A DNA stretch of 63,228 nucleotides, the filler included, from Chiloscyllium plagiosum (taxonomy: Eukaryota), in assembly GCF_004010195.1 (NCBI RefSeq). It is 4 parts of one record of this genome, joined end to end, with 100 filler letters (N's around TTAATTAATTAA, not from the genome) between each part and the next. Parts side by side here need not be neighbours in the genome. Positions count along the whole stretch, not along the records: positions 1 to 26,912 come from NC_057714.1; 3 more parts are not named here. One strand, written 5' to 3'. The notes below the pieces were generated by a model that did not search any database, was not told where the DNA came from, and saw nothing but the letters and a program-made list of their open reading frames with translations. Numbering within the stretch: position 1 is the stretch's first letter; every line of letters starts with the position of its first letter. Of the stretch, positions 1 to 10,892 are shown in pieces. The position numbers and the translations under genes are program-made.

Positions 1-180
1 AGGCTGGTACAATTGCAACATTTAAGAGGCATTTGGATGGGTATATGAATAGGAAGGGTTTGGAGGGATATGGGCCGGGTGCTGGCAGGTGGGACTAGAT
101 TGGATTGGGATATCTGGTTGGTGCGGACAGGTTGGACCGAAGGGTCTGTTTCCATGCTGTACAACTCTATGACTCTATGA
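1..180 (+). mobile_element. CR1/HER1-like LINE 3' end
   Basis: End of ORF2 (TFKRHLDGYMNRKGLEGYGP) plus 3' UTR ending in ctctatga repeats; same tail recurs at about 19140, 59370 and 62040. Confidence 0.85.
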
Positions 181-304
181 CATTAACACAGGAGCTACAA
201 GTGCAGGCTTTTGCCCAAATCGTTGACTCTCCTGCTCCTCGGATGCAACCTGACCTGCTGTGCGTTTCCAGCACACTTTTCAGCTAGGAATACTGTGGCA
301 AGCA

Positions 305-615
305 ACTCATCTTCTAACTCCCCAGAACCTGTCCATTATCTACAAGGCACAGGTGAAGATTTTGCCTGGATGAGTGCAGCTCCAACAACATTCATGAAGC
401 TTGACACCATCCAGGACAAAGCAGCTCATTTGATTTGCACCACATCCACAATATTGAAATTCTCTCCCTCAGGGCATTGTGGGTCAATCTATAGTACATG
501 GACTGGAATGGTTCAAGAAGGCAGCTCATACCTACATTCTCAAGGGCAACTACAAACAGGCAATAAATGTTGGCCAGTCAATGATGTTCACATCCCATGA
601 ATGAAGGAAAATAAA
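305..615 (+). mobile_element. Degenerate CR1/L2-group LINE 3' fragment
   Basis: Translates to AWMSAAPTTFMKLDTIQDKAAHLI (RT C-terminal region); related sequence at 41918-42144/44004-44060. Confidence 0.65.
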
Positions 616-773
616 TTAGGGATGGGCAATAAATGGGTTACTCTTCGGAGGGTTGGTGTGGACTTGTTGGGCCGAAGGGCCTGTTCCACACTGTAGGGAA
701 TCTAATCTAATAAATGTTGACTTAGCCATTAACCCATGAATGGATCAGAGAATCACAGGATCAGAATCATAGA

Positions 774-1110
774 ATTAGATTAGATTAGATTAGATTCCCT
801 ACAGTATGGAAACAGGCCCTTCGGCCCAACAAGTCCACACCGACCCTCTGAAGAGTAACCCACCCAGATCCATTCCCCACATTAACCCCTGACTAATGCA
901 CCTAACATTATGGGCAATTTAGTATGGCCAATTCACCTAACCTGCACATCTTTGGATTGTTGGAGGAAACCGGAGCGCCCGGAGGAAACCCACACAGACA
1001 TGGGGAGAACATGCAAACTCCACACAGAGAGTCGCCTGAGACTGGAATCAAACCCGGGTCCCTGGCGCTGTGAGGCAACAGTGCTAACCACGGAGCCACC
1101 GTGCCGCCCC
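774..1110 (-). mobile_element. HE1-type V-SINE (tRNA-derived), full length
   Basis: Minus strand starts GGGCGGCACGGTGGCTCCGTGGTTAGCAC (A box) with a GGTTTGATTCC B-box-like motif, V-domain core TGTGTGGAGTTTGCATGTTCTCCCC-like, LINE-like tail ending in (TCTAA)n. Confidence 0.9.
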
Positions 1111-1569
1111 AATTATAACAGTGCTGAAGGAGACCATTCAACCCACGTGCCTCCACCAAAGTTTCAAATAAGCATATTACCAATTCAGGACTGAGAAAAC
1201 CTTCATTCAGAGGTTGCTAAATCTGAAAGTGTTAATGGAGGCCATTCAATCCATTGTGTCTCCACTGGCCTATTGAATGAGCATTTCATTTCATGCCATT
1301 TTCTAGCCTTCTCTCTGTAAACCTGCACATTGTTCATTTTCATATAACAGTCTAACTTCTTTTGAATGTATTGATTGAAGTCGCCGCCACCACACTCTCA
1401 TTCCAGATTCTAACTACTCACTGCAAGAAATCAATTTTGCTTCTCGTGTCAATCATGTTGAAATTGTGGCCTTTAGTTCTCAATTCTTTCACTTGTTGGA
1501 AAACTTCCTTGCTATCTACTCCGTTTGGACACCTCAAGTTTTTGAACACCTCAATCAGATTGTCCATAC

Positions 1570-1894
1570 ATAGAACACCTACAGTTTGGAAGCAGGCCAT
1601 TAGGCTGATCGAGTCCACACTGAAGAGCATCTCACCCACACCCACCCTGACCCACCCTGTACTATATCCCTGTGACCTTGCATTTCCCATGGCTAATCCA
1701 CCGAGCCTGCACCTGCCTGGAAAATTTAGTATGGCCAATTCACTTAACCTGCACATCTTTAGACAATGGGAGGAAACCAGTGCACCTGGAGGAAACCCAT
1801 ACAGACTCCACTCGGAGAGTCACCCAAGAGTGAAATTGAACCAGATCCCCGGAGCTGAGGCAGCAGTGCTAACCACTGAGCCATCGTGCCACCC
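1570..1894 (-). mobile_element. HE1-type V-SINE, diverged
   Basis: Same head, core and tail as 774-1110 with more substitutions. Confidence 0.8.
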
Positions 1895-2824
1895 TTCCAA
1901 AGAAAACCTAACTTCTTCAAACTATCTTCATAACTGAAATTTCTCATCCTTGGAATGAAAATGGCAAAGATGGCCAAATGACTTGGTGATGGGATACCGG
2001 CCTTTGTGAAGTTATTTCAGTGACTCTAGTTCAGAACAGGATACGTTCATACAATGGGAGATGAAAGGCATCCTGCAGAGTATCCAGTGTGGTAAAACAA
2101 TGGAAGTAGACACAGGAATATACAAGTGAGCCATCTTCGAATATCTTCCTTGGCAGACCAGAGAAAAACAAAAAATGGATACAGAACAGTAGAACCTAGT
2201 ATGCCTTCTTCCTCACTCTTTCAATGTCTCTCAAAAGAAGTGCCCAGTGAAAAAGCAACATGGGGAAACAACCAGTCTCTGAGACCTCCAGCACTGTATA
2301 AGTGTCACCATTGCCGAGGGAACAAAACAACAGCTAAACAGAATTGGATTCAGCTTTCACTTTCACATCACAAAACCTCTAAGGACTTTTAAACTGATTA
2401 GCTTTATTCTCCATGTGTGCATCACTCTCTCCTTTTTGAAATTATTACCTGTGTTCATGTACTTTTACATTTTATTATCTTTTCTTAGAGTCGCTATTAA
2501 TGTATCTATTTCTGTCACTCAAAGAAATGTTGGCTAGTTTCATCTAGTTAACGACATTGAAATTGAAATGTGGTGGTTGAGATGAAAACAAAAATTGACT
2601 GACCAATAGGGGTTAAAAACAGGGTTGATAATTACTTTTCCTTATACAGTCATAACAAACCATCTTTCTCTTTTATCACTTCCATTCTCTCCAGTGCCCA
2701 AGTGTGACACATAGAATGGATATAATCCTCCAGCAGAGGCTGAACTTGTGCTTTATATTACTTCACATCAGATTCTGTGCTCCTATCAGTAGCCGCCCTT
2801 CCAAAGAAAACCTAACTTCTTCAA

Positions 2825-4043
2825 GATTTGGAGATGCTGGTGTTGGACTGGGGTGTACAAAGTTAAAAATCACACAACACCAGGTTATAGTCCAACAGGT
2901 TTAATTGGAAGCACACTAGCTTTTGGAGCGACGCTCCTTCATCAGGTGGTAGTGGAGGGCTCAATCCTAACACACAGAATTTATAGCAAAAATTTACAGT
3001 GTGATGTAACTGAAATTATACATTGAAAAATTGATTGTCTGTTAAGCCTTTCATCTGTTAGAATACAGTGAAAGTTTCACTTCTTTCATATGTAAATCAC
3101 AAAACCTTTTTTGAAAAAGTTGCATTCTCGGGTTAGCTGTTAACAATGGTGATAGCTAGACAATATGTTGAAGGTGTTGGCCCCCTGTGTACTCTGTCTA
3201 TGCCATGATGTTTAGATTGATTCTAATCNNNNNNNNNNNNNNNNNNNNNNNNNNNNNNNNNNNNNNNNNNNNNNNNNNNNNNNNNNNNNNNNNNNNNNNN
3301 NNNNNNNNNNNNNNNNNNNNNNNNNNNNNNNNNNNNNNNNNNNNNNNNNNNNNNNNNNNNNNNNNNNNNNNNNNNNNNNNNNNNNNNNNNNNNNNNNNNN
3401 NNNNNNNNNNNNNNNNNNNNNNNNNNNNNNNNNNNNNNNNNNNNNNNNNNNNNNNNNNNNNNNNNNNNNNNNNNNNNNNNNNNNNNNNNNNNNNNNNNNN
3501 NNNNNNNNNNNNNNNNNNNNNNNNNNNNNNNNNNNNNNNNNNNNNNNNNNNNNNNNNNNNNNNNNNNNNNNNNNNNNNNNNNNNNNNNNNNNNNNNNNNN
3601 NNNNNNNNNNNNNNNNNNNNNNNNNNNNNNNNNNNNNNNNNNNNNNNNNNNNNNNNNNNNNNNNNNNNNNNNNNNNNNNNNNNNNNNNNNNNNNNNNNNN
3701 NNNNNNNNNNNNNNNNNNNNNNNNNNNNNNNNNNNNNNNNNNNNNNNNNNNNNNNNNNNNNNATTGTTAACAGCTAACCCGAGAATGCAACTTTTTTAAA
3801 AAAAGGGTTTTGTGATTTACACATGAAAGAAGTGAAACTATCACTGTATTCTCACAGATGAAAGGCTTAGCAGACAATCAATTTTTCAATGTATAATTTC
3901 AGTTACAACACACTGTAAATTTTTGCTATAAATTAGGATTGAGCCCTCCACTACCACCTGATGAAGGAGTATCGCTCCGAAAGCTAGTGTGCTTCCAATT
4001 AAACCTGTTGGACTATAACCTGGTGTTGTGTGATTTTTAACTT
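2825..4043. mobile_element. Penelope-derived element with long inverted pseudo-LTR arms (centre in N gap)
   Basis: About 2860-3146 is the reverse complement of 3763-4043; TSD taacttct(t/g)caa at 2813-2824 and 4038-4049; hammerhead-like core in each arm. Confidence 0.75.
3955..3989 (+). ncRNA. Minimal hammerhead ribozyme motif (Penelope type)
   Basis: cac-CTGATGA-a-GGAG tatcg CTCC-GAAA-GCTA-gtg: conserved core, stem II, palindromic AGCT stem III, 3-bp stem I cac/gtg. Confidence 0.6.
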
Positions 4044-4616
4044 CTGCAAACTATCTTCATAACTGAAATTTCTCATCCTTGGAATGAAAATGGCAAAGAT
4101 GGCCAAATGACTTAGTGATGGGATACCGGCCTATGTGAAGTTATTTCAATGACTCTTCTTCAGAACAGGATAATATATATACACACTTTATTAACCATTT
4201 TATCAACCTAACTGGCTAGTTTAATGACTTATACACATAAACACTCAAATTCCTCTGCTTCTACACCTCTTTAAACTGACTCTGATATTGTCTCTCCATG
4301 TTCTTTCTACCAAAATGAACCTCTTCACATTTCGCAATATTAAACTTCATTGCAACCTTTTTGTTCATTCCGCAAACTGATCTTTACCTTTTTGAAGTTC
4401 TACATTGTCCTCTTAACAATTCACAATACTTCCAGGTTTATTGTCATCCATAAACTTTCAAAATTGTGTTCGGTACCTGAAGTTGGAGGACATTAAGAAA
4501 AGTGATGTGTATAAGTGATGTTCCCAACACTAACTCCTGCAGAACTCCACTACAAATATTCTTTAGCCAAAAAAAAAATCCATTAACGACAACTCTCTGT
4601 TTCCTTTCACTCAGAA

Positions 4617-5337
4617 GATGGTGAGGACTGCAGACGCTGAAGAGTCAGAGTTGATAAAGTGTGGCGCTGGAATTAGCACAGCAAGCATAACCCTTCATCA
4701 GGACTGGGGAGGGGGAAGGGAGCTGAGAAATAAATAGTCAGAGGCGTGGGGCTAGGGGAAAGGTTAGTTGGATGGTGATAGGTGGGTGCAGGTAGAGGGT
4801 GATTGTGATAGATTGGTGTGAAGTGTGGCACAGATAGGTGGGAAGGAAGATGGACAAGTAGGTCAGGTCAAGAGGGTAGTGCTGAGTTGGAGCGGTTAAG
4901 GGGTGGGAAGATTTGGAAACTGATAAATTCAATGTTAAGGCTATGTGATCATAGGCTCCCAAGGAAGCTGATGAGGTAGGTGTTCTTCCTCCAGTTTGCG
5001 GGTGGCCTTGTTTAGGCAGTGGAAGCAGAACAGACATGACATCAGTGGGGGTTGAAATGGATGACCACTAGGAGGTGGGGTTGGTTGGGTGGACGGACCA
5101 GAGATGCTTCCTGAAACTTTCCGTGAGTTTGCGCTTGGTCTTTCCGATGTAGAGGAGGCTGTATTAAGAGCAATGGATCACTAAATGAGGTTACAGGATA
5201 TGCAAGTAAATCCCTGCTGGATTTGGAATGATCCTTTGGGGCCTTGGGTGGAGGTGAGAGGGGTGCTGTGGGCACAGGTTTTGCATCTCTTACAGCAGGG
5301 GAAGTTGCCAGGTATGGACAGGGGGTTGGTGGGGATC
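4617..5337 (-). mobile_element. Penelope-like element fragment (GIY-YIG region plus pLTR)
   Basis: Degenerate homology to the PLE copies at 7235-8446 and 59713-60080; pLTR start gtgaggactgcagacgctg. Confidence 0.7.
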
Positions 5338-6024
5338 TATGAATTCATGTATCCATGAATGTTTGGTATTCTCTGTCCCTGAGGACTGTGGAGGCTCAGT
5401 CAATGAAAATATTCAAAACAGAAATAGTATTTTTTATATATTAAATACACTCAGGGTTAATAATTGGCCATGATGTAGTTGAATGGCAGAGCAAGCCTGA
5501 GAGGCTGAATGGCCTATTCCTCATTTCCTATAAACCTATGTTAAAGTCCATTTTCCTGCCCATTTCTCATAACTTCCTGATTCTCTTTCTTCAGAATTTG
5601 TCAATCTTTAATGCCTTTGTTTTTTCTTTACCTTTTTCTTGCTTAGATTAACTTTAGTGATTTTCAGTCTTTGAATCAATATTATATTGCGAATGGAAAA
5701 ACATTTAATGTATTTTGACGTGGATTCACTGCCTCACAAAGATTATGACATGATAAAACAAACAATGCTGACAATGATTCTGACTTTACCTTGGAATTAT
5801 TTAGGTGTCAGCTCAATGCTTTTGATGTGGTTACAGGCAATGAGAAACTATAATTAGAAAGAGAGAGCACAGATGTGACAACTTCTGAGAAATTGAGCGA
5901 GTTCTTGTTAAAGGATTCGTTTCTGGAAACATATATGAGATCATCAGCATCAGGTCTGAAGCCACTCAGATTGGCAGTTGCCTGCACAGCTCTTCCCTCC
6001 CCCCACAAATGTCTGCTAAGGCTC

Positions 6025-6260
6025 ACTGGATAGCTTCAGTGAGTCAGAACGTCATGGGTTCAAATCCAACCTCAGACACTTGAACACAGGGACTGTATTG
6101 CAGTATTAAGCTGCATTGGCAGAGGTGCTGTCTTTCGGATGAGATGTTCAATTCACTCAGTATCTTATTCTGAGCTGCAGATTCATTGTGTTAGCAGGGA
6201 CGTTCTCCCTAGTATCCAATGTTTACCCCTCAATCAACATCAAAAGATTATCAGGTCATG
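6025..6260 (+). mobile_element. Deu-domain SINE (SacSINE1-like) remnant
   Basis: gggttcaaatcc B box followed by gctgcattggcagaggtgctgtctttcggatgagatg, resembling the Deu core. Confidence 0.55.
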
Positions 6261-6683
6261 GCAACTCTCTCTGAGCCACAAGCCCTCTTGAGCTTCTAAA
6301 GCTATTTCAAACTGGGTGACCTCTCATATGATCCTCATCATGAAGTCCCCTACCCTATTTAATTGACAACCTCTTTCTGGTTGAATTCCAAGCTGACCTG
6401 ACACCCTGTACCCTGTTCACATCCTTCTACATTTGCAGGGTGTTCTATCAGTATCTTTTACCTCCGTCTTTGAGTTCTGAGTAAAGCCTCTTTATTCAGG
6501 GCTGTGCTGTTTTTCCAAGAATCCATCTTTCTGCTTGGATGCAGATGGAGCATGAGGGTTCTTGCTTTATCCTGGACAATGTCTATCTCACAATTAACAT
6601 CACAAAAAAGGACTGGGCCCCTAGTGGAGAAAAAGTTACAAACCCAACAATACTTGGAAATGAACGTATTGGTTGTACTGAAG

Positions 6684-7045
6684 CTCTAATACTAAGGGGC
6701 ATGCATCTCATCCAAAAGACAGCACCTTTGCCAATGCAGCTTAATACTGCAATACAGTCCCTGTGTTCAAGTGTCTGAGGTGAGAGTAGGAAAGTTCAAA
6801 GGAGACGTGAGGGATAAGGTTTTTCCACAGAGTGGAAGGAGTCTAGAACATGTTACCAGGATAGCAGTGGAGGCATACATGTTAGGGGCATGTAAGGATC
6901 TTTTAGATAAGCACATGAATTTGCAGGGAATGGAGGGATATGGACCAAAGGCAGGCAGTAGAGATTTGTTTAATTTGGCATCAAGTTCAGCACAATATTG
7001 TGGGCTGAAGGGCTCATTCCTGTGCTGTACAGTTCTATGTTTTAT
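6684..7045 (+). mobile_element. CR1-like LINE 3' fragment carrying a 78-bp templated insert
   Basis: Colinear with 52557-52840; interrupted at 6704-6781. Confidence 0.7.
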
Positions 7046-7234
7046 GAGTCAGATCAATGTACTTCATTGGATTTCCATCCAGTCTGGATTTTACAGCCAG
7101 TATGTTGAAATGCAGGGGGTCGGGAGCTTGTAAATTACAGTGTGACTTTTCAACTGTCTTCTTGCCAAATTTTACCAGGAGGGCAGGGGAAGTATCAGGC
7201 AGCCTGCCATCCTTGGGCGTACTCAAGCTCTTAG

Positions 7235-8446
7235 AGACAAAAAAACTTCAAATGCTGGAATCCAAAGTAGACAAGCAGAAGGCTGGGAGAACACAGCAAG
7301 CCAGGCAACATCAGGACGTGGAGAAGTTGACGTTTTGGGTGTAACCTTTCTTCAGGACTGGGGTTGGGTGTAAGGGAGCTGCAGATAAAGGAAGTGAGGG
7401 GACAGGATGGTGGGGAGATGGGGATAGGTGGAGACAGGTAGAGGGTCTGACTTGGTTGGTCGAAGGGAGCAATGAATCCAGTAGGTGGCTGAGAGGAATA
7501 GAAGGGATGGGGAGGGGCTGGGAAGGGAGTCGGGGGATAGGAAGGGAGGTTATTTGAAATTGGTAAACTCAGCGTTGAGTTCTCTGGGCTGTAGGCTGCC
7601 CAGGTGGAAGATGAGGTATTGTTCCTCTAATTTGCAGTTTGATTCATTGTGGCAATGGAGGAGGCCAAGGATGGTCATGTTGGAAAGAGGGTGGGAAGGG
7701 GAATTGAAATGGACAGTGACTGGGAGCTCCGGTTGGCCCCTGCGAGTCCGGTTGAGATGTTCAGTAAACCGTTAAATTAGTTTACGTTTGGTTCCCCAAT
7801 GCAGAGAAGACCACATCGGGAGCACTGGATACAATAAACTAGGTTGGAGGAGAGGCAGGTGAACCTCTGTCTCATCTGTTTGGGGCCCTGGATGGAGGTG
7901 ATGGGATGTTGTGCTGGCAGGTTTTGGATCTTTCAGGGGTACCTGGAGGTTTTGGGTCGGGTGGGAGGTGTCGCACAAACTAAGGATTGATGAAGGGAAT
8001 GGTCCTTGGTGGTGGTGTCTAGTTGGAGTTGGTGCAAGTGTTTAAGGATGATGCGTTGGATGTGGAGACTATTGGGGTGGTAGGTGAGGACAAAGGGGAC
8101 TATGTCTTTATTGTGGTTAGAGGACAGGGGGTTTAGAGCAGTGGAACGGAGAATGGAGGTGATGCAGTGGAAGACTGTCTGGATAACGGAGGGGTGAAAG
8201 ACATGTTGTTCGAAACAGGTGGACATCTGGGATGCTTAGGAGTGGAATGTCTCCTTGTCAAAGCAGAGGCAGAGGAATTGGGAGAACAGGATTGGAGTTC
8301 TTGCAGGATACTGGGTGGGAGGAGGCGTAGTCCAGGTAGTTGTGAGAGTCTGTGGGTTTCTAGTAAACTTCCGTCTAGAGACTGTCTCCGAAGGTGGAAA
8401 GAGAGAGGTCAAGAAAGGGGAGGGAGATGTCCGAATTGGAGTCAGC
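7235..8446 (-). mobile_element. Penelope-like element (RT C-terminus, GIY-YIG, pLTR), degenerate
   Basis: Minus strand gives SNLVYCIQCSRCGLLCIGE (GIY-YIG motif) and VPFVLTYHP; pLTR with decayed hammerhead core at about 7329-7356. Confidence 0.8.
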
Positions 8447-9703
8447 TGAAAATTGAGAAACAATTTTGTAAGGCAATCTCAATAATAGGGTACTTATGGT
8501 AGGGGGTTTTAACTTTCCAAACATAGACTGGGACTGACATAGTGTTTAGGTTTAGATGGAGAGGGATTTGTTAAGTGTGTATAAGAAAATTTTCTGTATT
8601 AGTACGTAGATGTACTGACTAGAGAAGGTGCAAGACTTGACCTACTCTTGGGAAATAAGGCAGGGCAGGTGCCTGAGGAGTCAATGGGGAAGCACTTTGG
8701 AGCCTGCGACCATAATTCTAGTAGTTTTAAAATAGTGATGGAAAAGGATAGACAGGACCTAAAACTTGAAGTTCTAAATTGGAGAAAGGCCAATTTTGAC
8801 GGTATTAGGCAAGAACTTTCAAAAGTTGATTGAGGGCAGATGTTCGCAGTTAAAAGGACAGCTGGAAAATGGGAAGCCTTCAAAAATGAGATAATGAGAG
8901 TCCAAAGACAGTATCCTGTTAGGGTAAAAGGCAAGGCTGGTAAGTTTAGGGAATGCTGGATGACAAGAAAAATTTAGGTTTTGATTAAGAAAAATAAGGA
9001 AGCATATGTCAGGTATAGACAGCAGAGATCGAGTGAATCCTTAGAAGCGTATAAAGGCAGTGGGAGTATACTTAAGGGGGAAATCAAGAGGGTAAAAAGG
9101 GGACATGAGATAACTTTGGCAAATAGGGTTAATGAGAATCCAAAGGGATTTTGTAAATATATTAAGGACAAAAACGTAACTAGGGAGAGACTAGGGACCC
9201 TCAAAGATCAGCAAGGCAGCCTATGTGTGAAACTGCAGGAGTTGGGTGAGATACTAAACGAGTATTTTGCATCAGTGTTTACTGTGGAGAAGGTCATTGA
9301 AGATATGGAATGTGGGGAAATCGATGGTAACATCTTGAAAAATGTCCATATTACAGAGGAGGTGGTGCTTGATATCTAAAATTGCACAAAAGTGGATAAA
9401 TCCCCAGGACCTGATCAGGGGTACCCTAAAACTCTGTGGGAAGCGAGGGAAGTGATTGCTGGGCCACTGGCTGAGATATTTCTATCATCTATAGTCACAG
9501 GTGAGGTACCAGAAGACTGGAGGTTGGCTAACGTAGTTCCACTGTTTAAGAAGGGTGGTAAGGACAAGCCAGGAAACTATAGACCAGTGAGCCTGACCTT
9601 GGTGGTGGAGAAAGTGAGGTCTGCAGATGCTGGAGATCAGAGCTGAAAATGTGTTGCTGGAAAAGTGCAGCAGGTCAGGCAGCATCCAGGGAACAGGAGA
9701 ATT

Positions 9704-9731
9704 GACGTTTCGGGCATAAGCCCTTCTTCAG
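9704..9731 (-). ncRNA. Minimal hammerhead ribozyme core
   Basis: Minus strand CTGAAGA-a-GGGC ttat GCCC-GAAAC-GTC. Confidence 0.55.
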
Positions 9732-9744
9732 CTTTTCCTCATTC

Positions 9745-9772
9745 CTGAAGAAGGGCTTATGCCCGAAACGTC
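9745..9772 (+). ncRNA. Minimal hammerhead ribozyme core
   Basis: CTGAAGA-a-GGGC ttat GCCC-GAAAC-GTC; palindromic ACGT stem III. Confidence 0.6.
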
Positions 9773-10892
9773 GATTCTCCTGTTCCCTGGATGCTGCCTG
9801 ACCTGCTGCGCTTTTCCAGCAACACATTTTCAGCTCTGACCTTGGTGATGGGCAAGTTGTTGGAGGGAATCCTGAGGGACAGGATTTACATGCATGGCTT
9901 TGTGCATGGGAGATCATGTCTCATGAACTTGATTGAATTTTTTAAAGAAATAACGAAGAGGGCAGGCGTTCAACAAGGTTCGTCGTGGTAGATTGGTTAG
10001 CAAGGAATACAGGGAGAACTAGCCATTTGGATACAGAACTAGCTCGAAGGTTGAAGACAGAGAGTGCTGGTGGAGGGTTGTTTTTCAGACTGGAGGCCTG
10101 TGACCAGTGGTGTGCCACAAGGATCAGTGCTGGGTCTACTGCTTTTCGTCATTTACATAAATGATTTGGATATGAACATAGATGGTATTGTTAATAAGTT
10201 TGCAGATAACACCAAAATTGGGTGTAGTGGACAACTAAGAGGGTATCTCAGTGTACAATGGGATCTTGATCAGATGGGCCAATGGGCTGAGGAGTGGCAG
10301 ACGAAGTTGAATTTAGATAAATGTGCGATGCTGCAATTGGGAAAGGCAAATTAGAGCAGGATTTATACACTTAACGGTAAGGTTCAGGGAGCAAAGAGAT
10401 CTTTGAGTACAGGTTCATAGCTCCTTGAAAGTGGAGTCGCAGGTAGATAGGATAATGAAGAAGGCATTTGGTATGCTTTCCTTTATTGGACATAGCATCG
10501 AGTACAGGAGTTGGGAGGTCATGCTGCGGCTGTGTAGGACATTAGTTAGGCCACGTTTAGAATATTGTGTGAAATTCTGGTCTCCTTCCTATTGGAAGGA
10601 TGTTGTGAAACTCAAAAGGGCTCAGAAAAGATTTACAAGGAATGTTGCCAGAGTTGGAGGATTTGAACTACACGAAGAGGCTGAGTCGGCTGGGACTGTT
10701 TTCCCTGGAGCATCAGAGGCTGAGGGGTGACCTTATAGACATTTATAAAATCATGAGGAGCATGGATATTATAAATAGACAAGGTATTTTCCCGGGGCTG
10801 GGGGAGTCCAGAACTAGAGGGCATAGGTTTAAGGTGAAAGGGCAAAAAATGTGAAAGGGACATGGGGGGCAATATTTTCATACAGTTACATT

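Larger units (their letters stand above)
9609..9839. mobile_element. Palindromic non-autonomous Penelope-derived mini-element inserted in CR1
   Basis: 95-bp arms 9637-9731 and 9745-9839; 16-bp TSD ctgaccttggtg(g/a)tgg at 9593-9608 and 9836-9851. Confidence 0.85.
8447..10885 (+). mobile_element. CR1-like LINE ORF2 (end of endonuclease through RT), frameshifted
   Basis: Fragments [45 protein letters not shown]. Confidence 0.9.

Noticed and set aside
774..1110. tRNA genes
   Set aside because: A/B boxes belong to SINE heads; no complete cloverleaf
3187..3777. ORFs containing X runs (also 26957, 49165, 55411, 55525, 60133)
   Set aside because: Artefacts of N gaps
5808..6026. 72-aa minus-strand ORF
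   Set aside because: No recognisable homology; only a possible short non-coding exon nearby, noted under the promoter finding
9609..9839. CRISPR array, pre-miRNA or DNA-transposon MITE interpretation of the hairpins
   Set aside because: No spacer-repeat periodicity; variable 10-17 bp TSDs, asymmetric ends and homology to PLE pLTRs point to retrotransposition
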